A DNA stretch of 62,562 nt, taken from UHGV virus genome UHGV-0106067, one strand, 5' to 3'. Below the pieces are notes generated by a model. The model made no database searches. It saw nothing but the letters and a program-made list of their open reading frames with translations, and was not told the DNA's origin. Position 1 is the stretch's first letter, and each line of letters opens with the position of its first letter. Shown in pieces: positions 1 to 9,597 of the stretch. The position numbers and the translations under genes are program-made. The stretch is from a virus.

Positions 1-266
1 TGTGTGTCTGTCATATCCGTCACCGGTGACTCCGGCTGAATATCACCATTTTCCGTGGTGACATCTTCCGCCTGTGGTTCCGGAAGCAGTTCCGGGGATG
101 GTTCCGGCTGTGCACCAAGCAATTCATCCAGAATTGAATCCACTTCTGCATCAAGACGCTCTTCCAGATTCTGGCGGAGTTTTTGTTTCAGGACGCTTCT
201 GACTTCTTCAGAGCGAATGACTTCCTTCACTGCCTCAGCAGTGACCAGTTGTTTTATATCTGTCAT
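1..266 (-). CDS. hypothetical protein, N-terminal part only (ORF runs off the window start)
   Basis: ATG at 266 on minus strand, open through position 1 (MTDIKQLVTAEAVKEVIRSEEV...); no family recognised. Confidence 0.3.
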   Translation of the reverse strand, partial: MTDIKQLVTAEAVKEVIRSEEVRSVLKQKLRQNLEERLDAEVDSILDELLGAQPEPSPELLPEPQAEDVTTENGDIQPESPVTDMTDT

Positions 267-291
267 GAGATTTTCTCGTTGAAAGGGGTTA

Positions 292-486
292 TTAAGAAGG
301 TTGTTCCGGAATGAGTGGGGCTTCTGTTTTTGCTCCGGCTGACTGAGTGGCGCTGATTTTCTCAGCGGCCCTTTTGTCAATCTGTCTGCGCCAGAAGTCG
401 CGTACTGCCCTGTATCCACCTGAAAGAAGATACAACACACAGACCACCGTACAGAAGTACAGCATTAACTGGTTGATGAATGTCAT
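292..486 (-). CDS. small hypothetical protein with N-terminal hydrophobic segment
   Basis: 64-aa ORF directly downstream of esterase gene; hydrophobic stretch LMLYFCTVVCVLYLL. Confidence 0.3.
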   Translation of the reverse strand: MTFINQLMLYFCTVVCVLYLLSGGYRAVRDFWRRQIDKRAAEKISATQSAGAKTEAPLIPEQPS

Positions 487-627
487 GGTTTATTACCGTT
501 ACTGTTGACAATGAGAACTGTTTTCATTTAGAAATGATTGATGTCGAAAGCATCCTTTCGTTAGATTCTCCATTGGGATTACCTCCGCCAGTCTCCATTC
601 CTGTTGCTGGCGGTTTTTTTTCGTCTG

Positions 628-2601
628 TTATGCTGCTACGGCATTCACACCAACAGTAAGACTTTCAATCAGCACAGGGTAAGTTGCCGCATTTCCGGTA
701 ATATCCGTAATTGCCAGCGCGTTGGCCTCAAAGGCTGCATTCGTCCATCTGGTCAGCGTAAACGGTTTTCCTGCTGCATTATCAAGCACCGGCGTGACGT
801 TCAGCGAGCCACCACCCGGGAAGCGGAAAGTCAGCGTGTGCCAGTCGTGATCGAACGGACCATAACTACCAAGCCGCTGTGATGTGGTGTTTGCATGATA
901 CATCACATTGATGTTTGTTTTATCAGTCTGCAGATAGAAGGCCGCAATATAACCCTCCTCTGATTCCGCTCCCGGCCATCCACTACCGCGCCAGTAAATA
1001 CCCGCAGAATATTGATTTGCAGAAGCATTGAGAGATACATCATCGGGGATTTTAAAGCGCAGCGTGATTTCACCGCCGTTATCGAACAGCTCCTTCCCCT
1101 TACCGGCATCAATTGCGTGCGATACTTTCCAGGTCTTTTTCTGTGCAAGACCATTTTCTGGTTTTTCAAGACGAAGGGCTTTTTTACCTGAACCACTGTC
1201 ACTGACCAGCGTGTTTTTGACATCTGTCAGCGTCCAGCCCTGCGAAGCCAGAGCGGCATTTTCCGCATTCACATCATAAGCCAGCACTGACTGTATCTTT
1301 GTCGGGACAACGGCTTCAGGCTGAGTATCGCCACTCTCCTGTGCTGGTTGCGATACGCCTCCGCCTGAAGAAACCGCGGCTTTTGTCACTTTCCCGGAAA
1401 CAAAATCTGCCACTCTGCCCACATGCAGAAGAATGGCTGTTGCCAGACGGTCGGAAATAATTCCGCGACGCGCCCATGAACCAAAGTGGGTTTTACGATC
1501 GGATGTTGTCCAGCTCTTCGCATCCGTTCGTCCACCGGAACCATAATACCCGATAGCCGGAATATCCGGGTCTTCTGACGGTTCATTGGTCCCGACTTTC
1601 TGACCATTGTCATCCATCATAAACGGCACAAAGAAGATATTTTTACCGGCTTTGGTTTTGTATGCGCCATAGACGGCATCGTATTGCGCTGAATACGTCT
1701 CCTTCCAGTAGTACGTCGTGTCACCACAAATCCAGGGCACCAGAGAAGGAGAAGCACCAGCGCACTGACCGGATACTCCCGCCAGGTCAGAACGGTATTT
1801 TTCCACCATGGCATCAAACATGGCGGGCTGACTGGCGTACGCTCCCTGTTTTAAATCAAACTCGCCCTGCATCCAGACAACACAAAGCAGTATGTTTTTG
1901 GGGTTTGCCTTCAGCGCGACCTGAGTGCGTGTCAGCAGGTCTTTATACAACGGCTTATCAACGCCCCATCGTTCAGATTTATCCGACGCTCCTGAACTTT
2001 CACTGAACGTTCCGTCAGCACCGGCTGTAAACGCAGAGCCACCACGACAGCACGGCACTAACAAAATACCCGCATTTTCCGGCATAAAGGGCAACAGCTT
2101 TTTGGCAATATGCAATCCCTGTCCGACACACCCATACTGCTCTGCGCTGGCTTTCGGATGAGAAAAACGGCTCAAATCCTGCACATCATGCAGGCAGTGG
2201 TCCGCCGGAATGATGTCGTTATATGCACAGGCCGCACCACCCGGTGTCACCGTACTGCGACGCGCCAGCTGTTTAATACGCGGGTCCGGACGGTCATATG
2301 TCTCCGGCAGCGGCAGGCCTTCACCATACGCCATGCCGTTTGACTGTCCGGCCAGCGCAATGACAAAGTAATATTCTGGTTCAACAACAACAGTCCGGGT
2401 ACCATCTCCCCCCGGTGAAACTACCGGAGAGGTCATATCCCCTTCAGCGACTATAGCCTGGATAAATTCAGCACCATAACCCGCGTTTGAGATAATCGGA
2501 CTACCATAGGGTTGCCAGCCTTCCTTCAGTTTTTGCGTCAGTTTTCCTGCGAGGTCTGACGGCGATGATGCCCTGACCACATCATAATGTTTAAATGCCA
2601 T
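628..2601 (-). CDS. nanS-p: NanS-p-like sialate O-acetylesterase (DUF1737 N-domain + SGNH-type esterase core)
   Basis: 657 aa; N-terminus MAFKHYDVVRASSPSDLAGKLTQKLKEGWQPYG typical of DUF1737; GQSNG esterase motif; location between Q-side cargo and lysis genes as in Stx phages. Confidence 0.7.
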   Translation of the reverse strand: MAFKHYDVVRASSPSDLAGKLTQKLKEGWQPYGSPIISNAGYGAEFIQAIVAEGDMTSPVVSPGGDGTRTVVVEPEYYFVIALAGQSNGMAYGEGLPLPETYDRPDPRIKQLARRSTVTPGGAACAYNDIIPADHCLHDVQDLSRFSHPKASAEQYGCVGQGLHIAKKLLPFMPENAGILLVPCCRGGSAFTAGADGTFSESSGASDKSERWGVDKPLYKDLLTRTQVALKANPKNILLCVVWMQGEFDLKQGAYASQPAMFDAMVEKYRSDLAGVSGQCAGASPSLVPWICGDTTYYWKETYSAQYDAVYGAYKTKAGKNIFFVPFMMDDNGQKVGTNEPSEDPDIPAIGYYGSGGRTDAKSWTTSDRKTHFGSWARRGIISDRLATAILLHVGRVADFVSGKVTKAAVSSGGGVSQPAQESGDTQPEAVVPTKIQSVLAYDVNAENAALASQGWTLTDVKNTLVSDSGSGKKALRLEKPENGLAQKKTWKVSHAIDAGKGKELFDNGGEITLRFKIPDDVSLNASANQYSAGIYWRGSGWPGAESEEGYIAAFYLQTDKTNINVMYHANTTSQRLGSYGPFDHDWHTLTFRFPGGGSLNVTPVLDNAAGKPFTLTRWTNAAFEANALAITDITGNAATYPVLIESLTVGVNAVAA

Positions 2602-2779
2602 GAATCCTCCCGGCCGGGATAGTGGGTTGAATCAGATAAGGACTGACTGAAGTCTGAAAATACAAAAGACAACTGCCAGTAAAAACGAAAAGGCCGCGCA
2701 GTTGCGCAGTCTCATCACCATCGGGTATTATTCACACGGTGAATAATCGAAACTCACTTTCTTTGTTTTATTCCTTGCC

Positions 2780-2809
2780 GCTCGCGCCTCCCGGCGCGGG
2801 CTTTTTTTG
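2780..2809 (+). terminator. intrinsic terminator (plus-strand orientation)
   Basis: hairpin cgcgcc-tccc-ggcgcg followed by gggcttttttt. Confidence 0.45.
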
Positions 2810-2812
2810 CAT

Positions 2813-2839
2813 GTAAAAAGGCCCCTGCGATGAGGGGCC
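2813..2839 (-). terminator. intrinsic terminator downstream of R-M operon
   Basis: hairpin ggcccct-gcgatg-aggggcc; on minus strand followed by ttttta. Confidence 0.5.
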
Positions 2840-3211
2840 TGAGAGTATTACCTGGTTTCAGTTAACTGCATAGTGCCGGGTGCCTCCCGGTGAGTTCAGC
2901 CCGGTGCCACCGAACCCGCGTCTTTCACATTGCCTGTGACATTAAAAATGCCAGCCCGCACCAGCCGCCCCGCCGCTGAGGGGGATTCACCATGCGTTGC
3001 GATTTTTAACAAATTCACCGCCAGCCAGACAATCATCAACTTGCTGAATTGTGAGGTATTTAAAAATTTCCCCGATTAACTGATACCCTGCTAACCACCT
3101 GTTGTTTTCTTTTTCAGCAACAAAAAAGCCCGCTCATCGGCGGATTCGGCTGCGTGGCAATGTAACCATTCTTATCATGATATGAGGATTTTTACGATTG
3201 TAAAATGTTTT

Positions 3212-4306
3212 TTAACTGACACCAGAATCATCATAACCGCGACTTGTTATAGCTTGCCTGTATGCGTTCATTTTGCGTTCTGCGTACTGGACAACATCTT
3301 TAATGACAAGCTTATGAACAACTGAAATAAGGTCATTTATATAACAAAAGTCAGGTGACTTATTTTTCACTGGCAACCAAATAACATCGTTCTTAATTTT
3401 TCTATTACTAACACTATCCCCCCATGAATATTTATGTGAAATAGACCTATAAATACATGAAATAATGCCCAAATAAGCAAACTTTGTCCTTCCATCCTCA
3501 TTGTTAACATAGAGTCGCAAATTATGACTGTCGTTTGAAAAAAAGTCTCGCTCCTGATAAGTTACAACGAATGTCTTACCACCAATAAAAATACAGTTCC
3601 CTTTTTCCAAGAGTGAGTCATCATAGGCGATATAAGAACTAACAGAGTTATTATCACGGCTAGCACAAAGATAAGGAACATCCCCACTATTTTCTATGAT
3701 GTCTCTAGACAATATGTTTCCTGTATTGCACACTGAGAATAACTCAGTAACAGGAAAGCCTGAAAATTCAATATTTTTAAAATGTTCCAGGATAAGATAA
3801 TCTTTTTCCGTTAGTTGGTAATCACTCAGCCCAGCAGCTATCAGGTATGCTTCCAGCTCTTCTATATGGGCCGCTTCCAGCTCTTCTATATAATTATCCA
3901 TAAAAAACCAGTCAATTTCATTATTTTTCACTGGTAATGAGATGAAATATTCTCCATCTCTGAGTTTGGAACTCGATAACTGTTGACCATAATTAAAACG
4001 CCCCTTTAAAGCTTTATTAATCATACTGGCAACATACAGTCCGCGCTTTGCATTAAAGTCGGACTTACTTGATTTTAATGTAAGAACATGCACCTTCATT
4101 TCTACGCTGGCACAATAAGGATGATAAAAAGCATCTCCAAAAAAATTAACGCTTATAAAATTTTCATAATGTCTTGCATCATCCATAAACTCGGTATCAA
4201 ACTCTCCGATGATACCGTTTTGATCGCTCTTTGCTGAAACACGTTTGATTTTGCCTGGTTTTAATCTTCCTGAGGAGATAAGCGAGCCTGTGCTCACATA
4301 GAACAA
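3212..4306 (-). CDS. restriction-modification specificity (S) subunit, two target-recognition domains
   Basis: 364 aa; two internal repeats each ending in an LPVKN...D-type segment (FISLPVKNNEIDWFF and VIWLPVKNKSPDFCYINDL) as in HsdS/BcgIB-type subunits; AT-rich; directly downstream of methyltransferase-nuclease gene. Confidence 0.5.
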   Translation of the reverse strand: MFYVSTGSLISSGRLKPGKIKRVSAKSDQNGIIGEFDTEFMDDARHYENFISVNFFGDAFYHPYCASVEMKVHVLTLKSSKSDFNAKRGLYVASMINKALKGRFNYGQQLSSSKLRDGEYFISLPVKNNEIDWFFMDNYIEELEAAHIEELEAYLIAAGLSDYQLTEKDYLILEHFKNIEFSGFPVTELFSVCNTGNILSRDIIENSGDVPYLCASRDNNSVSSYIAYDDSLLEKGNCIFIGGKTFVVTYQERDFFSNDSHNLRLYVNNEDGRTKFAYLGIISCIYRSISHKYSWGDSVSNRKIKNDVIWLPVKNKSPDFCYINDLISVVHKLVIKDVVQYAERKMNAYRQAITSRGYDDSGVS

Positions 4307-4365
4307 ATCGCCAATCCTGAACTCTCCCCACTCAACGCTTCTTAATTTATCGCTGAGCGGGGAAT

Positions 4366-6327
4366 TTACTTTCCCGCAAAATTGTTTTCACCTTGTTTTT
4401 TCAGTAATTGCGAGACCTCCCATGCAAGGTAATCACCTACCGTCTTTTTGAAATCCTCCAGCGTTGGCCTAGCATCTACTGGCCTGGTCTGATTCCAGTC
4501 CTCACCACTATCAGGATCGATTGTTCCCTCAAAATATTCATCCTCCGTAAAGATATTAAGGCAACCTTTCCCGAAGTGAACCAGATCCACAACCTCCTGA
4601 TAACGCTCTTTTGCACGATCGGCATCAACAAGATTGTTTCTTGCCTTTTTGCGATTAGAGCGAGCGTAGCCGTCATTGGAAAAGTCGATAAACTTAACAG
4701 CCTGTTTCGCGTTATGCGGAATTTTTACCTGAAAAACGTAAATGTACGTCTGAACGCTTGATTTACCAATAAACAGATCCGCAGGCATTTTGATGCTTGC
4801 CAGCAAGGTATTTTCCTTGAGTATTTTTTTGTTGTACTCCGTAGCCTTTCCTGTGCCAGCTGAACTCTGGATAATCACTGCAGCATAGCCTTTATCCATC
4901 ATCGACAGCGCCTTCTGCACGAAAATCATGCCGTTACCTTTAGCTGAATACGGAGGATTGAGAATAAATGCGTCCGCAGGGAATTTTTCTCCTGTTTTCC
5001 CAAATCCATACTTGCCGTCAAAATCGGCCAGCGAGTCTTTATTGAGGATATTCGAGCTACCATCCCCCATCAAAATCATATTCAGGATGGCCAGCATATA
5101 AATACTGGATAACACCTCAAGGCCAAGAAGCTGTTCAGCCTTGATTTGCGCTTCCTTAAGTTGTAGTTCGTTCGGTGAGTGAATATTTTCTCTGGCGTCA
5201 ATGAGCATTTCATTCATTGCAGCCACAAGCAATCCCGCAGAACCTGTAGCAAAATCCCACACATAGGAATCTTTGTTTACTCTGGCGAGTCGTGCCAGCA
5301 ATGTGGCAACATAAGGTGGTGTCAGAACGACGTCATTGAGCTTGTCCTGCGTAAATCCAAGCCAGCGATACATCTCATTAAACAGTTTGCCCGTAAAATC
5401 GGTGGTCAGTCCAATTTTGTAATACTCCCCAAGATCATCAACAACTTTAACAAACACGCGCTTTAACTGGCTTTCACCGTTGACTGGTTTGTTAATGTTT
5501 TCAGTCCACAGCGTATTTTGCAACGAGCGCAAAATCATTTCTCTTTTTGTTTCAGGAACAGCTTTCAGCCTTAAAAAGTTCCTTATTTTCCTGAAAATAA
5601 TATCACCATCACGCAAGTCCTCCTCCGTTGAAGAGGTCAGTTCTTTTTTATCCAGCGGTGCTAACTTTCCCGGAATCCCCAACGTTGCAATAACGGTAGC
5701 CACAACAAGGTAAACACGATCGCTTTCACCAAGCCCCTTTTCATTCTGGTAAATATCGTTATTCAGACGGGAAAGTCGCGTGTCTATCTCTTCCTCTTTG
5801 CTGGCCTTGATTTTTTCCAGTTCTTCGGGAGGAAGATTAAGCAGCTTTATCTTGTTGAGAAATCCATCAACATTTTTGTCAGCAAGGAACGATAAGTCGG
5901 TGAATTCACCAACCTTCTGTCCGGCTCCTAAATTATTCTTTGATACGTACCACACGCCGATTTCATGATGCAGTTCGCCTGTACCATCATCGCGCCAGCC
6001 GGTCATACCAATAGCAATAATATCAGGGTAATTGGTGAACTGAAGAAGTGCGTTGGCATAATGGACTGCGCCATTCACCGCGTATCCATTAATATTTTTA
6101 AAATTCCATTCTTTTCTGGCATCTTTGTTCTCAATAATACCGTTGCTGCCAAGTCTGATAAGCCTGTCCTTGTAGCCTTTATACTCGATGAGAACGGGAT
6201 ACTGCTTGCCGTATTTGTCCTTAACAAGGAGTTTTACGTCGGGACGATTACCGCCTGCGCCGCCATTTTTCGAAAAATAAGCGTCCAGTGCGTTATCGAT
6301 CTCTCCGTTAAGTGATGCATTCTGCAA
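4366..6327 (-). CDS. fused PD-ExK endonuclease / gamma-class N6-adenine methyltransferase (Type IIB BcgI-A-like R-M subunit)
   Basis: 653 aa; N-terminal PD...(x17)...EYK motif (RPDVKLLVKDKYGKQYPVLIEYK); motif I VWDFATGSAGLL; motif IV FILNPPYSAKG; apparent TTG start. Confidence 0.6.
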   Translation of the reverse strand: MQNASLNGEIDNALDAYFSKNGGAGGNRPDVKLLVKDKYGKQYPVLIEYKGYKDRLIRLGSNGIIENKDARKEWNFKNINGYAVNGAVHYANALLQFTNYPDIIAIGMTGWRDDGTGELHHEIGVWYVSKNNLGAGQKVGEFTDLSFLADKNVDGFLNKIKLLNLPPEELEKIKASKEEEIDTRLSRLNNDIYQNEKGLGESDRVYLVVATVIATLGIPGKLAPLDKKELTSSTEEDLRDGDIIFRKIRNFLRLKAVPETKREMILRSLQNTLWTENINKPVNGESQLKRVFVKVVDDLGEYYKIGLTTDFTGKLFNEMYRWLGFTQDKLNDVVLTPPYVATLLARLARVNKDSYVWDFATGSAGLLVAAMNEMLIDARENIHSPNELQLKEAQIKAEQLLGLEVLSSIYMLAILNMILMGDGSSNILNKDSLADFDGKYGFGKTGEKFPADAFILNPPYSAKGNGMIFVQKALSMMDKGYAAVIIQSSAGTGKATEYNKKILKENTLLASIKMPADLFIGKSSVQTYIYVFQVKIPHNAKQAVKFIDFSNDGYARSNRKKARNNLVDADRAKERYQEVVDLVHFGKGCLNIFTEDEYFEGTIDPDSGEDWNQTRPVDARPTLEDFKKTVGDYLAWEVSQLLKKQGENNFAGK

Positions 6328-6416
6328 CTTGTAATCAAGCCTGTAAGATTTAAGCCATGAGTTCGCCAGTTCGGTAATTTCCGGCTCAACAGATTTTACA
6401 GACTTTCTTGATTTAC

Positions 6417-6451
6417 TGCTGGTCGCTGGTCGCTGGTCGCTGGTCGCTGGT
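6417..6451. repeat. heptanucleotide tandem repeat (YGCTGGT x5) upstream of R-M gene
   Basis: tgctggt cgctggt cgctggt cgctggt cgctggt, about 90 bp upstream of the R-M start. Confidence 0.9.
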
Positions 6452-6635
6452 CTGGCAGCATAAAATCATCCTTTTATGAAAATCAACGATTTTTGAGCAC
6501 TCGCACACAAAAAATTACCGCATTGGTTGCAACGACAACCTGCATTTTGCGGAGCATATGACAAATAAAGTACGGGTGCGTTGAGGATGCCAGACACATC
6601 AGAGGTGGCGGGAGATTACTCCCCTGCCTGGTCTC

Positions 6636-6791
6636 TTACTTCTCAGATTCGTAGTCTACGAAGACAGCGACCTCCGTCTGGCCGGTTCGGATTCGTACCT
6701 CGCAGAAGTCTTTCCTCGTTACCAGTGCTATCACTACGACGGTAATACAGATGACGATCAGGGCGATTAACATCGCCTTTTGCTGCTTCAT
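6636..6791 (-). CDS. hok: Hok/Gef-family type I toxin (HokC/HokD-like)
   Basis: 51-aa ORF MKQQKAMLIALIVICITVVVIALVTRKDLCEVRIRTGQTEVAVFVDYESEK; SD aaggaga upstream; absent from ORF track (<60 aa). Confidence 0.75.
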   Translation of the reverse strand: MKQQKAMLIALIVICITVVVIALVTRKDFCEVRIRTGQTEVAVFVDYESEK

Positions 6792-6966
6792 AGCCTACTT
6801 CTCCTTGCCTTTCGGCACGTAAGAGGCTAACCTAAGTTTGTAAGTCATAGATTTGGCCTCAGATTAATGTTAAGCGTCCTGCAAGACGCGTAATGTTAAC
6901 TGGGGCTTTTCTCTGTCTGCCTTACGGCTGCATGCCCGAGGCAGACAGCCTCAAGCACCCGCAGCT

Positions 6967-6994
6967 ATTCTACAGTAAAAACTCGCGCTTTCAA
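6967..6994 (-). promoter_or_regulatory. candidate late promoter (pR-prime-like) immediately downstream of Q
   Basis: minus-strand TTGAAA-16 nt-TAGAAT; -35 overlaps Q stop codon; inverted repeat ctgtctgcc/ggcagacag just downstream could be part of a qut-like element. Confidence 0.45.
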
Positions 6995-7416
6995 TTTCCC
7001 GCACGTCCGGCAAACTGACTGGCCTGTGATCCTGATGGTTCACGCTCAACGTACCTGTCCATTTCCAGCTTTACTCCCTGCATGATCAACATCCCCTCAA
7101 TAACACCTTCTGCTTTTTGCAGTACCCGCCCGGCCCAGCAATCAGAGCGCCCATGCTTACGGCCCAGTGACATAAGCGTCATCCCGAACACATAATAATC
7201 ATACAGAAAATCATGCAAATCGCTGTTGTTGACGTTCAGTTGCGCCATGCAATTGCTGATAATCAGCGCATCGTCATCGGTACACTGAGGCCGTGATTTA
7301 ACCTTTGACGGGATCAGCCCCTTAAATCCGGCGGCAATGGGCGACCAGCTCACATCCTCATGATTATTGGCCACCCATGCGCCCCAGCGTTCAAGCACCT
7401 GCTGAATATCACGCAT
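6991..7416 (-). CDS. Q: late antiterminator Q (933W/phage-21 type)
   Basis: [45 protein letters not shown] matches recalled Q of Stx phages; position after NinH; start placed at internal Met of 6991..7521 ORF. Confidence 0.65.
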   Translation of the reverse strand: MRDIQQVLERWGAWVANNHEDVSWSPIAAGFKGLIPSKVKSRPQCTDDDALIISNCMAQLNVNNSDLHDFLYDYYVFGMTLMSLGRKHGRSDCWAGRVLQKAEGVIEGMLIMQGVKLEMDRYVEREPSGSQASQFAGRAGN

Positions 7417-7609
7417 CAGAGTCTTTACCCTTATCCCATCCACGATGGACCATAAGGACACCGTTGACGACGGCGTGCCGTTTGCCTTCTTTATCGCCAA
7501 TATATTTTCTGACCGTGGCACGATTACAGTTCAGTATTCGGGCCACCTCGGTCTGATTTCCATATGCCTCAACAAGCATGTCAGGAATGATTTTTACGGT
7601 GAACGTCAT
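7409..7609 (-). CDS. ninH: NinH
   Basis: [36 protein letters not shown] closely matches lambda NinH. Confidence 0.8.
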   Translation of the reverse strand: MTFTVKIIPDMLVEAYGNQTEVARILNCNRATVRKYIGDKEGKRHAVVNGVLMVHRGWDKGKDSDA

Positions 7610-8175
7610 GCGGCCTCACTTCTGCTGTTTCGCAGGCCTTTAAATTTCTGTTGATACTCTGCCTTGATCGCCTTGCACTCTTCGACAGTCCAGCGGTGGC
7701 GACTATGGTTTGATTCGATTTCGTCTACTGCTTCCTGCCCGATGCGGTTAATCAGTTCGACGCGATACGGAACGAGATTTCCGCTTTTGTATTGGTTACA
7801 CACCACGCATTGCTTATGGATATTGCGTTCATCAAATCTGAGCTGAGGTGCCGCAGCTGTTGTACGGTAATGGCCAGCATCCCACTGGGCTGAATCTAAC
7901 GTCCCGCATGAAACACACGGCAAATGACGGTCCCGCTCCCTGATATAAGCATTCACAGCCTGTTGTGCCTGCTTAATCCAGTAACTGCGGGGCTGTAAGT
8001 CCCTCCTGCGCGCTTTCAGCTTGTCTGCCTGCTCTTTTGCTGAAGTTATCGCCTTTTCTTTTCTGACCAGTTCCAGTGCGCACTGACCACAGCAAACTTT
8101 CTGATATGAGCGGAACGGCACAAACGAGGAGCCGCACACTTTGCATTTTTTGGGTTTACGTTGCTTCATCATCAC
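7606..8175 (-). CDS. ninG: NinG/Rap recombination protein
   Basis: 189 aa, Cys-rich ([23 protein letters not shown]), position upstream of ninH. Confidence 0.75.
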   Translation of the reverse strand: MMMKQRKPKKCKVCGSSFVPFRSYQKVCCGQCALELVRKEKAITSAKEQADKLKARRRDLQPRSYWIKQAQQAVNAYIRERDRHLPCVSCGTLDSAQWDAGHYRTTAAAPQLRFDERNIHKQCVVCNQYKSGNLVPYRVELINRIGQEAVDEIESNHSRHRWTVEECKAIKAEYQQKFKGLRNSRSEAA

Positions 8176-8176
8176 C

Positions 8177-8626
8177 TCAGAAAAACGACAGCAGGCGGTT
8201 ATTCAGTTCAGGGCTGTTTGAGCGCCCAAACACATGCTTTAACGCGGCATTAATTATTGCGTTGTAGCAACGTTCAAACTCATCCTGATCCATATTCGCG
8301 TAACTCAGGCTTTTTGCCCGATATCTCACCTCGCCTCTTATGGTTGTGACCACATCATAGAACCCGGCAAGAATTGTCAGATTTTTACGAAACTCATCAA
8401 ACTGCGTCGCTTCATCAGAGAATTCGTATCCAGCATGTTCAGCGCACCAGTACTGAAAGCAGAAATTAAGAAAAGCGAACATCTTCCGGTGAAAAGATGG
8501 GTTACGGGTAAGTTTTGCTTCCAGTGTATACAGCTCACCGTTTTTAAATTTTGCCAGTCGGGGTAAATCGCGCTCATACGCCGGTACAAATACGCCATTA
8601 GCCGCCTTGATCATCTCTATTTCCAT
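8177..8626 (-). CDS. hypothetical phage protein (DUF1367-like)
   Basis: 149-aa ORF tightly packed between primase and ninG. Confidence 0.5.
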   Translation of the reverse strand: MEIEMIKAANGVFVPAYERDLPRLAKFKNGELYTLEAKLTRNPSFHRKMFAFLNFCFQYWCAEHAGYEFSDEATQFDEFRKNLTILAGFYDVVTTIRGEVRYRAKSLSYANMDQDEFERCYNAIINAALKHVFGRSNSPELNNRLLSFF

Positions 8627-9597
8627 CAGGCAGCCTCCGCTTTGAATTTGCGCGTCAACACATGTTCACGGGCTTCACACCCCTGAATGAGCATGTCGTT
8701 AAAATCCGGCAAGTCAGGCCAGCGAATGCTGACCTTCTCAACGTCATTACGACTCATGAGATTCTTATGCCCACATTTAAAGGCAGCCGCCAGACCTGCG
8801 CCGTGCTCATCATTGTCTGCAAAGATAATCAGGTGATTAACGCCTGGTGGCGCAATAAACTTCTCCATAAAACCGGAGTTCATTGTTGACCACACATTGC
8901 AGCGGAAGATTTGACGGCATGAAAGCGCAGTTTCGATACCCTCGGCTATCCCCAGAGTGGACGACACCGGATACAGGCGTATTGCCACCGATTTGGCATG
9001 CTGCAAACCAGGCAACTCCTGTAGCGCAGTCATTTTTTTAGCCGCCTCTACATTCGCCTTGCGATCACCATCCAGCAACGTACGATGCAGATAGCAAAGA
9101 GAACCTTTGTCATCTGTTGCAATGGCGTAAATTGCCTGATATTCGCGCCCGCTGGCGATCTGACGGTCACAGAAACGCACGGATTCGGTCGGTAACTGGA
9201 GTATTCCCCTCCCCTGCAGGTACGCCTCACCTGTTGTGCCCCGCAGACACGGGAGTCCGGCAAACTTATCCATGACCCGCTCCCGTTCTCTGGCAATATC
9301 CGTTACAGTGCGTCTGGCATGCCCTCTCTTCCAGGTATTACCAACCAGTCGATCGACTTCATCGCACAGATCAACCCAGGGCTTACCCGTGGCAAGTTGC
9401 AACAACTTCATCCCGTCCCCGTGACCACAGACACAAATCCATGAACCGGAACCATCCTTATCATCACAGCGAAATTTACCTCTGGCACCACATATCGGGC
9501 AGGGGCCGCTATAATGTTTCAAGCCAGTAACAGGAGGCATGCCGTAATATTCAAAAATTCGCCCCCAATGCCCGGCCGCTGCCTTCTTAGTCTGCAT
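8626..9597 (-). CDS. DNA primase (zinc-binding + Toprim domain)
   Basis: CPICG...CVCGHGDG zinc motif; C-terminal Toprim-like segment IIFADNDEHGAGL. Confidence 0.65.
   Translation of the reverse strand: MQTKKAAAGHWGRIFEYYGMPPVTGLKHYSGPCPICGARGKFRCDDKDGSGSWICVCGHGDGMKLLQLATGKPWVDLCDEVDRLVGNTWKRGHARRTVTDIARERERVMDKFAGLPCLRGTTGEAYLQGRGILQLPTESVRFCDRQIASGREYQAIYAIATDDKGSLCYLHRTLLDGDRKANVEAAKKMTALQELPGLQHAKSVAIRLYPVSSTLGIAEGIETALSCRQIFRCNVWSTMNSGFMEKFIAPPGVNHLIIFADNDEHGAGLAAAFKCGHKNLMSRNDVEKVSIRWPDLPDFNDMLIQGCEAREHVLTRKFKAEAA

Noticed and set aside
55-282. 75-aa plus-strand ORF at the window start
   Set aside because: Ser/Cys-rich low-complexity translation antisense to a better minus-strand ORF (1..266) with an ATG start.
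6417-6451. Possible CRISPR array from short direct repeats (also 48092..48124 and 60251..60310)
   Set aside because: The repeats are contiguous with no spacers and far shorter than CRISPR repeats; no cas genes present.
2602-6990. Shiga toxin genes and tRNA genes expected between Q and the lysis cassette in this phage type
   Set aside because: No ORF resembling StxA/StxB and no cloverleaf-like tRNA segments were seen; the slot holds hok, the R-M pair and nanS-p instead.
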